Origin: a virus
Lineage: Duplodnaviria; Caudoviricetes
IMG/VR virus record: IMGVR_UViG_3300039239_000017
Coordinates: 1 to 40,788 of that record
DNA: 40,788 nucleotides
Direction: 5' to 3' (one strand)
This document shows, piece by piece, positions 24,953 through 34,901 of this stretch. The first letter of the stretch is position 1, and each line of letters begins with the position of its first letter. A program made the translations under genes and the position numbers. Below the pieces are notes generated by a model. The model did not search any database and was not told the origin of the DNA. It saw only the letters and a list, made by a program, of their open reading frames with translations.

Positions 24953-27118
24953 TCAGGCGCCGGGGTTCTTGAACAGGCCGCGATAGTCGAGCGGGTTCAC
25001 GCCGGCATCGAGCCGGACCTTCAGTTCGGTGCCGTCGATGTTCCAGCCGTCCTTGCTCTCGACCACCGGTTCCTGCACGCCGTCGAGGTAGGTCACCTCG
25101 ATGGTATCGAACTGGTTCGGGTCGGCCGCCATGAACCACTGGTTGCCGGTGATGCGGCGATCGGTGATCGGCTCGACCAGACCCTGCACGGTGTTGGCGA
25201 CTGCGGCGCTCTTGCTGTTTTCCAGCGAGCCGGTCGAGGTCAGCAGCTGCTTGGCCGTGAACTCGTACGCGCCCGAGAGGAAGTACCTCGGCCGGATGTT
25301 GAGCGCCGTCGCGATGGCGTCGGCGTCCTTCTGCTGGCCCATGGCGTTGACCGCGGCCTGCCAGCTGGTCTCGGACGGGACGGCAGCGGTGCCGAGGTTC
25401 CCGTGGTCGGCGTGGAACAGAGCCTTACCATCGGGCATGTTCGGGTTGGCGGTCAGTACGCCATAGACGAGGTTGCCCACGGTGCGCTTTGCCGCGCGGC
25501 CCATCTTGATCGGCAGGCTGCCGAGGATCGACAGGTCATCGTTGATGATCGCCTGGCGGGTGATGGCGATCATCTTGCCGTAGGTGGCGATCACCACGGT
25601 GGCGCCGCGATCCCCGATCTTGCCATACTTGTACTCGGCACCTTCCTCGACCTTGTCGAGGTTGGGGAACAAGCCGAGGTCGACGCGGCTGATCGGCTTG
25701 AAGTCGGAGGCGGAGCCGACCGACGTCCACTTGTCGAAGGTCTCTTCGGCCTCCTGGTAACCCTTGAGCGCCGACTTCGCAGCGACGTTCTGCAGGATGA
25801 AGGCGAAGTCGGAGGTGGAGTGCATCCCGCCCGACATGAAGACGCCGCCGGTGAACGCGGTGCCGATCATGACCATGCGGTCCATCCGGCGTGCGTCCTT
25901 GTGGCCGGCCACCATCAGGCTTTCGCGCGCCAGCTCGACGAGGCTGAGACCCGAGAACTCGTTGCGCTCACCGAGCGCGCGGGTCTTCGGCTCCTTGAAC
26001 AGCAGAGCCTTCGACGCGCCCTCGCGGAACTTGTCGCGCGCGTCCTCGGTCACCTGGGCAGTTGCGGTCGGCGCGTTGGTACCCTTCATCTCGGCGACCT
26101 TGTCGATGATGGCGGCGAACGCGGCTTCCTTGTTCGGCAGCGCCATGATGGTGTTGACGGTCGCAAGGTCCAGCCCGCCAGCGAGGGCACGGGTCGAGAC
26201 ATCGCGAAGGTCGGCAGCGGACATGGTGGTGACGGCGGGCGCAGGCGCAGCGACCGGCGCCGGTGCCGTCACCGCGCCGAGCATCTCGGCGGCCTTGGCC
26301 TTCACGGCGTCCTTGGCGGCCTGCAGCGTGGCCGTGTCCTTGAACATCACGGTGAGGGCGGCAAGCTCGATACCGGCGGCGATGGCCTGGTTGCACATCG
26401 TGGTCACGTCGGCCGCGGGGCTTCCGAACCGCGCGGCAAGCATTGCAATCAGCTGTTCGAGCGTCATGCTTTTCTCCTGGGGTTGCGCGGCGGTTGCCGC
26501 TTTTGGCTGGAACATAGAAGCCGACGCCGTAGCCAGCGCCGTCAGCGAAGTCGGGGATTTGGGGTAGAGGCGATAGTCGAACAGCGCGACGGCCTTGGCG
26601 TCGACCGAGGCGACCTCGTCGGCGAAACCGGCGGCAACGGCTTCGTCGGCCGTGTACCAGGTCTCGGCTTTCATGATCTCGCGCGCGGCTTCAGCAGTGA
26701 TCCCGGCCTTCGCCGCGTAGATCGAAGCGAACTGGTCCGCCATCTTGTCGAGGACATCGGCAGCGGCCTGCAGTTCGTCAGAATTGCCGACGCCAACCGT
26801 GCTCGGATCGTGGATCATCATCAGCGACCCGGCGGTCATCTGAACCGTGTCGCCGGCCATCGCGATCAGGCTAGCCGCCGACACGGCTGCAGCGTCGACG
26901 ACCACAGTCACCTTGCCATCGTGCAGCTTCAGCGCGTTGTAGATGGCGAGGCCATCCATCGCGACGCCGCCGCCGGAGTTGATGCGAACGGTGATGTCGC
27001 CCTTCAGCAGCAGCAGCGCGTCGAGGACGTCACGCGGCGTGAAGTAGTCGGTGTCCCAATAGCCTTCGCCCACGAACCCGTAGAGCACGAGCTCGCCGTT
27101 CACGATCAGCCAATGCAT
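24953..27118 (-). CDS. ClpP-type prohead protease fused to major capsid protein
   Basis: INSGGG, AVSAAS, MMIHDP, AETW; HSTSDF, TYGK..ITRQAIINDD, DYRGL. Confidence 0.93.
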   Translation of the reverse strand: MHWLIVNGELVLYGFVGEGYWDTDYFTPRDVLDALLLLKGDITVRINSGGGVAMDGLAIYNALKLHDGKVTVVVDAAAVSAASLIAMAGDTVQMTAGSLMMIHDPSTVGVGNSDELQAAADVLDKMADQFASIYAAKAGITAEAAREIMKAETWYTADEAVAAGFADEVASVDAKAVALFDYRLYPKSPTSLTALATASASMFQPKAATAAQPQEKSMTLEQLIAMLAARFGSPAADVTTMCNQAIAAGIELAALTVMFKDTATLQAAKDAVKAKAAEMLGAVTAPAPVAAPAPAVTTMSAADLRDVSTRALAGGLDLATVNTIMALPNKEAAFAAIIDKVAEMKGTNAPTATAQVTEDARDKFREGASKALLFKEPKTRALGERNEFSGLSLVELARESLMVAGHKDARRMDRMVMIGTAFTGGVFMSGGMHSTSDFAFILQNVAAKSALKGYQEAEETFDKWTSVGSASDFKPISRVDLGLFPNLDKVEEGAEYKYGKIGDRGATVVIATYGKMIAITRQAIINDDLSILGSLPIKMGRAAKRTVGNLVYGVLTANPNMPDGKALFHADHGNLGTAAVPSETSWQAAVNAMGQQKDADAIATALNIRPRYFLSGAYEFTAKQLLTSTGSLENSKSAAVANTVQGLVEPITDRRITGNQWFMAADPNQFDTIEVTYLDGVQEPVVESKDGWNIDGTELKVRLDAGVNPLDYRGLFKNPGA

Positions 27119-27121
27119 GGA

Positions 27122-28621
27122 TCAGGTCTCCTGCTGTCCCGGCGCGGTTGTGTCCGCAGGCGGGGCGAGAGCGGCCTTGGCCGCGGTCGAAACATTCGTG
27201 TCGTAGGACAGGCCCAGCTTCAGCTCGCGAGCCAGTTCTTCAGCGCGCTCGGCATCGACCGTCTCGGGGTCGTAACCTTGGCTGCGCAGCCAGCGGGACC
27301 GGGTGCCAAGCCCGTCCTTGGCCGCCTGGGCAGCGGCCTTCAGTTCGGCCGCCGGATCGATCATCTCGCGCCGGGGCGGGGTCCACCCGATCATCACGCC
27401 GGCGGGGACGGCTGCCATCAGCCGGAGCCCGTCGAGGATCCATTCGCCGATCTTGCTGCACATCTGGGGCAGCACCATCTGCTCGGTCCAGCCGGCGATG
27501 TTCCGATGGAACTCGAGCCACCCCATGCGACCCGACGAGAAGTTGACGCCGCTGAGGTCGCCGGTCAGCGCCTCGTAGGTCATGCCAAGGCCGACCGCGA
27601 TGTCCCTGCCGTTCACGCGAAAGAACGCCTCGAGATCCTGCACCACCGGCGGCGTGCCAAAGGTGACGTCCTCGCCGGGCTCGAGGAACTCGATCATCCC
27701 CGGCTCGACCGTCTCGATGCGGTTTCCCGCGCTGGTGCGATCCCCGACATTCTCCGGCGACCCAGCCGCTGAGGTCTTCTTGACGAAGGCGGCGAAGCAC
27801 GCGGCGATCTTCTGCCGCAGGATGTAGGCGTCCTTGGTTTCGTCGAAGTCGGCGAGCCGCACCATTACCGGTGCCAGCCAGGAAACGCCGTGCGCTTGGC
27901 CGGGGCGATCGATGCGATAGAGATGCACCACATCTGCGGCCGGATATGCCGTGCTCTTCAAAGTGCCGAAGCGGGACACGTCACCTGGGTGGTGGTCATA
28001 GAGGTGATAGCGAACCGCCGCCCCGCGCGAGTTGAACTCGATACCCTCGATCGCGTAATTGCCGTTTGAGAGCTGGCCGTGCACCCGCTCGTCGAAGTAG
28101 TCCGCCTCGAGCACGGCAACCTGAAACGGAAGTGGCAAGCCTTCGGACGAAGTGGCGCGCCGACGCACCATCAACGACGCGCCATCGCGCGCCGCTGCAT
28201 GAAAGGCCACAGCCTCAAGACCGTAGAGGTTCTGCCGGCCGGCGGCGTCGATGTTCGGCGTATCGCAATGGCTGTTGACGATCGCCTGCAGGGCATCGCG
28301 GGTTCGAGCGCCACGGACGCCGGCGACTGCGGGAATGATGCCGGTGCCAATGACGTTGCTGGTCAGTACGCTGAAGCCACGCGCCGCCAGCGGATTGTTG
28401 CGCTCAAGGTCGCGAGCGGCATAGCGTAGGCGCTTGGCGCCACTCATCACCGCGCTGTTGGCGTCGCCTGGCCGGTACCGCCGGTTGGCGTTGCGATGCG
28501 ATGGCGATGCGCCGTCGAACGCCGACTGCAGCATCGTCGCCTGGGCACGAGCGGCGAGCCGGGCGGCGCCAGCCTTCGGGTTCACCCACAGGATGGCGCG
28601 ATCGAGGGCGTTGGCCTTCAT
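27122..28621 (-). CDS. Portal protein, lambda family
   Basis: ARDL.RNN, R.GQ..GV.W.AP, LTGD.S.VNFSS.R. Confidence 0.93.
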   Translation of the reverse strand: MKANALDRAILWVNPKAGAARLAARAQATMLQSAFDGASPSHRNANRRYRPGDANSAVMSGAKRLRYAARDLERNNPLAARGFSVLTSNVIGTGIIPAVAGVRGARTRDALQAIVNSHCDTPNIDAAGRQNLYGLEAVAFHAAARDGASLMVRRRATSSEGLPLPFQVAVLEADYFDERVHGQLSNGNYAIEGIEFNSRGAAVRYHLYDHHPGDVSRFGTLKSTAYPAADVVHLYRIDRPGQAHGVSWLAPVMVRLADFDETKDAYILRQKIAACFAAFVKKTSAAGSPENVGDRTSAGNRIETVEPGMIEFLEPGEDVTFGTPPVVQDLEAFFRVNGRDIAVGLGMTYEALTGDLSGVNFSSGRMGWLEFHRNIAGWTEQMVLPQMCSKIGEWILDGLRLMAAVPAGVMIGWTPPRREMIDPAAELKAAAQAAKDGLGTRSRWLRSQGYDPETVDAERAEELARELKLGLSYDTNVSTAAKAALAPPADTTAPGQQET

Positions 28622-28622
28622 G

Positions 28623-28820
28623 CTAGAACCCACCGACGAAGCGCGCGACGCGGCGCGACGAGTGGTTATCGGGATTGACCTCGCGCTCCATGTCGGCAAG
28701 CAGCTTCCGCATGTCGTCGACGGACTGGTACTCGACCTCACCCGACGTATAGCGAACGCGCCTTACCCCTTTGGCCATGGCGGCTTTCAGCGCGTCGATG
28801 TCCGTCTGCGACCAGGCCAT
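28623..28820 (-). CDS. gpW-like head completion protein
   Basis: MAWSQTDIDALK.A...G...V.Y....VEY.S. Confidence 0.85.
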   Translation of the reverse strand: MAWSQTDIDALKAAMAKGVRRVRYTSGEVEYQSVDDMRKLLADMEREVNPDNHSSRRVARFVGGF

Positions 28821-28822
28821 GC

Positions 28823-30985
28823 CTATCTCCCGAGATACCCTCTGCGCCGACCGCCCAACCAGTTGTCGCGCCGTGGCTGGACAGCCTGCGGCGCCACAAC
28901 TGGCGGGACGACAGCGGCCGCGCCTTCCGGCACGACGAACCCTTCGATCTTTTCTGCATAGGCGTTGTCCGGCATCGGTCGCGCCCAATCGACCGGATTG
29001 TTCCAGTCGATCTTCTCACCGCCCTTCACGATCACCACGGCCTTGCCGTAGACCGCGAGGTCGAGCGCCTCGTTGCGCAGCACGCCGGGCCGCTTCTCCC
29101 AGCCCTTGTCGGTCCGCCGCTCGGCCGCCAGCTCGGCGAACACGCGCTCGTCGACCCGGTCGAGGACATTGTACGATCCCTCGCCGATCTCATCGCGGGT
29201 CAGCGCCGCGCTGATCTCATCCTTCAGCGCATCGGTGCCGACCCAGATCACTGGCACGTCGAGCTGCGTCTTCCTGCCGTTCTCAGTCGATCGCTCGGGG
29301 AACGCGACAAATGCACGCCGTTGCGTCTCAGGTAGCCCGTTTTTCACGTGGTTACCGCGCACCAGCATGATGCGCTGGCCGAGACCGTCGCGCCGCGCCC
29401 GCCTCCAGAACTTGTAGGCATTCGAGGTAACGCCGGGAGCGCCACCGCTGTCGACGACGACAAAGGCAGGCCGCAACCTGTACCCCGTCCCGTCGACTTC
29501 GTACCGCCGCTCGGCCAGGTCGAACAGGCAGTCCCAATCCTTGAGGTAGCGGGCCGGATCGAGCGCGCGCTCCGCGTCGGCATCGGCGGGCTGGAACAGC
29601 TCGAACCGATCGACCAACGTCCGCTCTAGCAGTGGCCCCCAGCTATCGGCCTGCACCACGAACCGGTTGGCCTGCACGTCAACCTGCACGGTGATGAACC
29701 GGGTGTTGGCAGGCACGATCTTGCTGTCGGGCTCGTAGCCCTTGACCGCCCGCTTCTTCAGTTCGCTTTCGGTCAGCAGGCTGGCGGTGCCCATCGCGCG
29801 CGGCCGGTATGCATCGCCCTGGTCGACGTTCACCGTCACCTGCAGCGCCTTCTCATCGCCGGTGCGGCGATAGGCTTCCTCGGCCTGGAGGTACGCGGCG
29901 ACCAGCTTCGGCCAGGTCTGGAACGAAGCAGCAGGCCCGAACATCCAGTAGCTGGCCAGCGTCGAGCGCCGGACGTTTCCGTCGATCGTGGTCAGCCCGG
30001 CGAGGTGACCGCCGAGGCCTTCATCGGCCGCCTCGTGCAACCAGCCAGATTCCTGCAGCAGCTCGCCCTTCAACTCGGGCGCGATCGGGAAGGCGCACAG
30101 CGGGCACAGCATCCGCACCTGCTCGCCAGCCTCGACTGCGGGCGCATCCTCAGGCCAGCGGAACAGCGAGAACTTCGGTTCGAAGCGCTTGCCGCAATGC
30201 GGGCACGGCCAATAGAGGCGACCGCGCGTCCCCTGTCCGTAGAGGTTCAGGATACCGGTGGTCGGCGGCGGCTCATGCGGAGAGCCGGGCTTCCAGTCAT
30301 CGTCGAGGATCGGACGGCCCGGAGAACTCTCGGCCATCACCTTGCCCGTCGAGCCGACCGTCGCCGTGCGCTTTCGTCCAAGCGAGAACGGCTCGCCCTC
30401 GCCATCGATGTCCTCGGGCATGCGATCGTAGTCGGTGAACAGCACGTCCGGCAGCGTCACCGCCGAGAGCTGGGCGATCACCGGCCAGGCGATCGTCAGG
30501 CGCATGCCGCCGGCGAACTGCTTGTCGAAGATGTTGTCCGACCGGCGGTTGGTCACCAGACGCGACCGGATGGCCGGTGAGGTCCGGATCATCTTATCGA
30601 TAGTCGATGCCGAGAACTCACGCGCCGTGTCGCGGCTCATGTGAAAGACGCGCAGGTCGCGCGGCTGCGTCATGATCCGGTGGGCGATGACGTTGACCAC
30701 CAGGCCATCGGTTTTCAGGGTGCGCGCCGGACCAGCGAAGATCACGCCTTCGAAGCGCCGCGACGTCATCATCTCGGCCGGCTCGACCATCTGCGGCGCT
30801 GCCTCGTTGCGCCATGGGCCACGATAGCCAGGCGCATCGACGACACGGTACTTGGCCGCAGCGGCCGGCACCGTGATGCGCTGGGCCGGCGCCAGGGCCG
30901 GCAGCGCCTCCGCCACGCAACCGAGCACGCTGGCGAATGGCGGCAACACACCCCTGTCGCGCCGGTAGTCAGGCTCGGCGCTCAC
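28823..30985 (-). CDS. Terminase large subunit (gpA family)
   Basis: GPAR.(L)KT, TDYDR, ESSPG, CPHC, VDVQ, RNEALD. Confidence 0.93.
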   Translation of the reverse strand: MSAEPDYRRDRGVLPPFASVLGCVAEALPALAPAQRITVPAAAAKYRVVDAPGYRGPWRNEAAPQMVEPAEMMTSRRFEGVIFAGPARTLKTDGLVVNVIAHRIMTQPRDLRVFHMSRDTAREFSASTIDKMIRTSPAIRSRLVTNRRSDNIFDKQFAGGMRLTIAWPVIAQLSAVTLPDVLFTDYDRMPEDIDGEGEPFSLGRKRTATVGSTGKVMAESSPGRPILDDDWKPGSPHEPPPTTGILNLYGQGTRGRLYWPCPHCGKRFEPKFSLFRWPEDAPAVEAGEQVRMLCPLCAFPIAPELKGELLQESGWLHEAADEGLGGHLAGLTTIDGNVRRSTLASYWMFGPAASFQTWPKLVAAYLQAEEAYRRTGDEKALQVTVNVDQGDAYRPRAMGTASLLTESELKKRAVKGYEPDSKIVPANTRFITVQVDVQANRFVVQADSWGPLLERTLVDRFELFQPADADAERALDPARYLKDWDCLFDLAERRYEVDGTGYRLRPAFVVVDSGGAPGVTSNAYKFWRRARRDGLGQRIMLVRGNHVKNGLPETQRRAFVAFPERSTENGRKTQLDVPVIWVGTDALKDEISAALTRDEIGEGSYNVLDRVDERVFAELAAERRTDKGWEKRPGVLRNEALDLAVYGKAVVIVKGGEKIDWNNPVDWARPMPDNAYAEKIEGFVVPEGAAAVVPPVVAPQAVQPRRDNWLGGRRRGYLGR

Positions 30986-31578
30986 TCGGCGGCCTGCCTA
31001 TAGGCCGCGTCGCCCGTCAGCAGTCCGATACGCTTCTCGGCCTGCGCCAACACGTTGTCGCAAAGTTCGATCGCCATGATCAGCGCCTTGCCGGTCAGCC
31101 CGACCTCCCGCTCGAGGCGGTCGGGAAATGCCGTCATCTCCTCGCGGAAAATCTTGAACACCTCTTCCCACGCCTCGACGACGTCGCCGCGCCGCACCAG
31201 GTCGGCGCGCTGCAGGGCCGCGAGCATGAAGGCACGTTCCGCGTCGTAAGCCTCTTGCCGCTGCTTCGGGCTGAGGACGCGATCCGCGTCGGCGACATCG
31301 TTGCCGCCGATCAGGGCAAGGCGCATCTGCTGCACTGCCGTCTCGGCCACCGAGCGCTTGTCCTGCTCGGCACGGTCGCGATCCTGCAGCCACGTCCAGC
31401 ACGCAGAGAGCTGGAATTCCCACGCCCGACCGTTGGTGCCCTCGACCAGGCACGGCATGCCATCGTCGATGTACCGATCGATCGTCGGTTCAGATTTGTT
31501 GAGCGCCCGGGCGAGTTCGCCGCGGTTGAGGACGGCATCGACCACGCCAGCGGGCAAGCCGTTGTCGCCGGTATCCAT
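30982..31578 (-). CDS. Terminase small subunit (Nu1/DUF1441-like)
   Basis: N-terminal wHTH LNRGELA..L..SE.TI...GMP. Confidence 0.88.
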   Translation of the reverse strand: MDTGDNGLPAGVVDAVLNRGELARALNKSEPTIDRYIDDGMPCLVEGTNGRAWEFQLSACWTWLQDRDRAEQDKRSVAETAVQQMRLALIGGNDVADADRVLSPKQRQEAYDAERAFMLAALQRADLVRRGDVVEAWEEVFKIFREEMTAFPDRLEREVGLTGKALIMAIELCDNVLAQAEKRIGLLTGDAAYRQAAE

Positions 31579-31649
31579 CGATCTCTCTGAAAAACAACAT
31601 CAACCTAAAGCTCACATGAGCCAAAGGCCGAAACAGCCGCGTCACAAGC

Positions 31650-31691
31650 GCTTCGCCGCCCCACATGAGTTTTTGACCCCAGGAAGGACCC
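31650..31691 (-). other. cos site (cosQ + cosN)
   Basis: GGGTCCT (31691-31685), 23 nt, then GGGCGGCGAAGC (31661-31650); lambda has GGGTCCT-23nt-GGGCGGCGACCT. Confidence 0.8.
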
Positions 31692-31764
31692 AAGGGCTCG
31701 GCCAACCGCAAATTTGCGGAGGGTCGAGCCCCCTGCTTGGCTTGGAGGTCACACATCGAGATAG

Positions 31765-31799
31765 CAAAACAAAGCCCGCCGCTGTTGCCAGGGCGGGCT
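31765..31799 (-). terminator. Late-leader intrinsic terminator
   Basis: AGCCCGCC/GGCGGGCT stem followed by TTGTTTT. Confidence 0.8.
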
Positions 31800-31812
31800 G
31801 CAAACTTGGGAC

Positions 31813-31910
31813 ATGATCCGGGCGGTCGCCTAACTAGGAGGCCGGGTCCGCCTGCCGCTCGGGTATCGCGCTGAAGGTCAGCGGCCTGCGACAGATCGAC
31901 GGATCATCCG
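31813..31910 (-). ncRNA. Structured late-operon leader RNA
   Basis: Closing helix ATGATCCG/CGGATCAT (31813-20/31900-07) enclosing two hairpins. Confidence 0.55.
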
Positions 31911-31916
31911 TGGGTG

Positions 31917-31945
31917 AAGCTGAAGCGCTTCGGGCTAACTGTCAA
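31917..31945 (-). promoter_or_regulatory. Putative late promoter
   Basis: TTGACA (31945-31940), 17 nt, CAGCTT. Confidence 0.6.
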
Positions 31946-31953
31946 TCCCCGTG

Positions 31954-32637
31954 CTACTGCCCGTCCACCGGCTCCAGGTGGGCGACATCGAGCGGGAACT
32001 CCTGCTCGTCCTTCCCGAACAGGGGCAGCAGCACCTTGGCAGCCTTCCCCTCGATCGATGCCACCTTGACCGTCAGCCCGGCGAGCGAGCCCTCGACCAC
32101 CTGCACAGTGTCGCCCGCCTTGAACTCGTGGTGCGCGCGCATGCCCATGTGGCTATACACCTCCGGCGCCCTGGTGCTGCCGTGCGCCTTGACGAACTCG
32201 GCCGTCTCCTTGCCCTTCATCCGCCAGGGCTGCTCGCCCAGCCCCACCACCGAACTCACCATGGTGATCGAGAACACCTGATGCCAGGGCGGCACGCCGC
32301 CGCGACGCAGCTGCTCGGGCGTAAACCCGACCAGCACATAGCGCGGCGCCACTGGGTAGCTCACCTCATGCTTGCGCTGAGCATATCGGTTCGCCCGCCG
32401 ATACTCGGTGTGCATCGGCACCAGTGCGACGAACCCGCGCCGCTCGAGCAGCGCCTCGACGGCGAACTCGGTGCCGGCCCGCGTCATCACCGCATACCAG
32501 TGCAGCGCCGCGAGGTGGCGGCTGGGCCAAGCCAGCGCTGGCCGCTGCGCCTTGATGCGGCGCATCGCGCCGGCCGGCCGATCATCCTCATGCTCTGCCC
32601 CGTCCTTATCCCGCCACTTTGGCATCAGCAGCTCCAT
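31954..32637 (-). CDS. NusG-family (NGN+KOW) antiterminator, probable late regulator
   Basis: WYAV.T..G.E, P..PRYVLV, FKAGDTVQVVEG.LAG. Confidence 0.88.
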   Translation of the reverse strand: MELLMPKWRDKDGAEHEDDRPAGAMRRIKAQRPALAWPSRHLAALHWYAVMTRAGTEFAVEALLERRGFVALVPMHTEYRRANRYAQRKHEVSYPVAPRYVLVGFTPEQLRRGGVPPWHQVFSITMVSSVVGLGEQPWRMKGKETAEFVKAHGSTRAPEVYSHMGMRAHHEFKAGDTVQVVEGSLAGLTVKVASIEGKAAKVLLPLFGKDEQEFPLDVAHLEPVDGQ

Positions 32638-33020
32638 AGAGGGTTGCAGATAGTCCCTCTCAACTGTCTCTCGGGAAAAAGCAGAACAGCAGTAGAGACT
32701 TAGAGAGAGAGAAGAGGGTGCAGACAGTCGACCCGTAATGCATGAACCGCCAAAGGCTCAAAACCGCGCTCCGAGTAGACCGCCCCCACCCCCCTCTACG
32801 TATACGCGAGAGACAGCCCGCAGACTGTCTCAGAATATCTTCAAAGTATTGATTTCGCTGTTGTATTGGCGCGCAGACATTCGCATTCGACTATCACTTA
32901 ACTCTCTCGACCCTCTATCGCCGCGCGGCAGCGCGGAGAGGGTCGAGACTTCCGTTTCTCTGTCTGTCCGGAGGGGGTGCGGGGCGGCGCGAAAGCGCGG
33001 ACTATCTCCCCTCACCGGGC
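32638..33020. other. Probable replication origin
   Basis: Repeats AGAGGGT(T)GCAGAYAGTC at 32638 and 32713; 12-bp inverted repeat 32905-16/32937-48; AT-rich centre. Confidence 0.6.
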
Positions 33021-33023
33021 GCG

Positions 33024-34901
33024 TCACATGTCCGAGGGTTTCCAGCCCGGGTCGCCGGCCGGCTCCCTGGGCGGAACAGGTACACCGTCAAACTTAGAGG
33101 CCGTCGGATTGAGCCGTACGTCGAGGTAGACGAAGTAGTTGCCGCGGCGCTTTTTGAAGCCCAGCTCGGTCAGCCGATCGCCGAAGCTGCGATGCGAGGC
33201 GGCGCGAAGGCCGTTGACCTCGCACCAGTCGGTATAGGCCTTGTAGACCGGCCCGGCCTTCTCGTTGTGGTTTTCCTCGCGCTTCAGCGCCACCTCGGCG
33301 AACACGCCGACATTGTCGCGCTCCTCGCGATAGTCCTGGGTGAAGGCGGTCACCTCGGCCGGCACATATGGCTCGAGCCCGTGCTTGAGGTAGAGCATCA
33401 GCCCATCGATCAGCCAATTGAGGATGCCCGGCCGCTCGGCATCGAGCCGTTCGGCGAGCAGCGAGGGGTGCATGCGCTCCTCAGGCGGGATCGTCACGCC
33501 CCACAGCACCAGCAGCACGCGCCGCCAGATGCCGTAGTCGGCGCCCGAAATCGCCGGCTTTGAGTTGCCGGAAAGCATGGGCGTGAACACCGGCATGAAC
33601 TCGAAGAAGTCCTTGTTTAGGAAGCGCGCGAGGATCTTCGTGCCGCCGGTCAGCGCCTTGATCAGCTCCTCACGCAGCGGCACGTTCTTGGGCAGCTCCT
33701 CGATCGTCACCAGGCGCGTGTTGTGCAGCCGGGCGATATCCGGGTTCGCCTGCTGCCCCTGCCGCTGACCATCGCCCGTCACCGTGTCCGGCGAGGCTAT
33801 CGATCGATAGGAGCCGGCGATCCGGCCGACGAGCTCGAGGAACGCCGACTTGCCGTTGGCGCCGGTGCCGTAGTGGTAGAACAGCCGCTGCTCGTCATTG
33901 CCGCCGACCAGCAGCGCATAGGCGGTCGATACCTGCAGGAACAGCTGCATGCGCTGGTCGGGCTGCACCTTGGCCAGGAACTCATTGAGGAAGAACGGGC
34001 AGGTCGCCTTCTCGTCATAACGGACATCGGCAACCTTGGTGATGAAGTCCGCCCGATCGTGCGTGACGAACTCCACCGTGCCGATCTTGCGCGGGCTATC
34101 GTCATCGGGCCGTTCCGGGTCGGGCGCGCGTCCGAAGATCAGCGTCCCGTTGGCGACGTTGAAGCGCATGTTGTCGCCATCGAGCCGCTCGATCGGCACC
34201 GCCTTAAGGCTGCGCGCCTGCTCCAGCATTGCCGAGGTCTTCCCGGCATTGCCCGAAGTGACGGCCCAGTTCATGCGCTTGCCGCGCTTCGCCTCGATCG
34301 ACTTGCGCACCGCGACGGCCTTCCCCATCAGCAGCTTGTCGGCTTCGGTCCGCTCGTCCTCGTCCTTGGCCTGGGCCTTGTCCGCCATGCGCAGAATGGA
34401 TCTCTGCTTTTCGGTGGCGACGATTTCCAGCGCCTCGAGCTTGATGCAGTCGACCACCTGCTGCGCCAGGTACCGCACATCGAGTTCCGCCTCGTCGCGC
34501 AGCCAATGGGTGTTGCGCCACACCAGCCAGCCGAGGCCGGTAACGTAGCAGAGCCTTTCGCCGAACCACGCGACCAGGCGGCGACCATTGTCGCGATCGT
34601 TCTGGTCCAGCTCGGCGCAGAACCGCGCCACGATGCGCTTCGCCTCGCTGTAATCCTCGGGCGCATCGTAGTCGGAGAGGATGCCGTCAGCATCCGGCCC
34701 GGGGTCGGAGGGGTCGCGGGGCGGAGCCTCGGCCGAGGCCTCGTCGTCCGCAATTTTGCGGTCGGCGTCCTCGTCGTCAGGTTCATGAAACACGCCCTCG
34801 ACGACCCGGCCGTTGGCCATGGCGGCGCGCACGCGGGCTGCAGCCTCGGCCGGGTTACCCATCGCCAGGTCGTTGAGGTCGGTGCCGCCAGATAGGGTCA
34901 T
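33024..34901 (-). CDS. P4/D5-family SF3 helicase (primase C-terminal type)
   Basis: YGTGANGKS, IEEL, IKALTGG...AR, GIWRR. Confidence 0.92.
   Translation of the reverse strand: MTLSGGTDLNDLAMGNPAEAAARVRAAMANGRVVEGVFHEPDDEDADRKIADDEASAEAPPRDPSDPGPDADGILSDYDAPEDYSEAKRIVARFCAELDQNDRDNGRRLVAWFGERLCYVTGLGWLVWRNTHWLRDEAELDVRYLAQQVVDCIKLEALEIVATEKQRSILRMADKAQAKDEDERTEADKLLMGKAVAVRKSIEAKRGKRMNWAVTSGNAGKTSAMLEQARSLKAVPIERLDGDNMRFNVANGTLIFGRAPDPERPDDDSPRKIGTVEFVTHDRADFITKVADVRYDEKATCPFFLNEFLAKVQPDQRMQLFLQVSTAYALLVGGNDEQRLFYHYGTGANGKSAFLELVGRIAGSYRSIASPDTVTGDGQRQGQQANPDIARLHNTRLVTIEELPKNVPLREELIKALTGGTKILARFLNKDFFEFMPVFTPMLSGNSKPAISGADYGIWRRVLLVLWGVTIPPEERMHPSLLAERLDAERPGILNWLIDGLMLYLKHGLEPYVPAEVTAFTQDYREERDNVGVFAEVALKREENHNEKAGPVYKAYTDWCEVNGLRAASHRSFGDRLTELGFKKRRGNYFVYLDVRLNPTASKFDGVPVPPREPAGDPGWKPSDM

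Noticed and set aside
24881-27772. 963-aa plus-strand ORF
   Set aside because: Antisense shadow of the capsid and portal genes in high-GC DNA; no motifs
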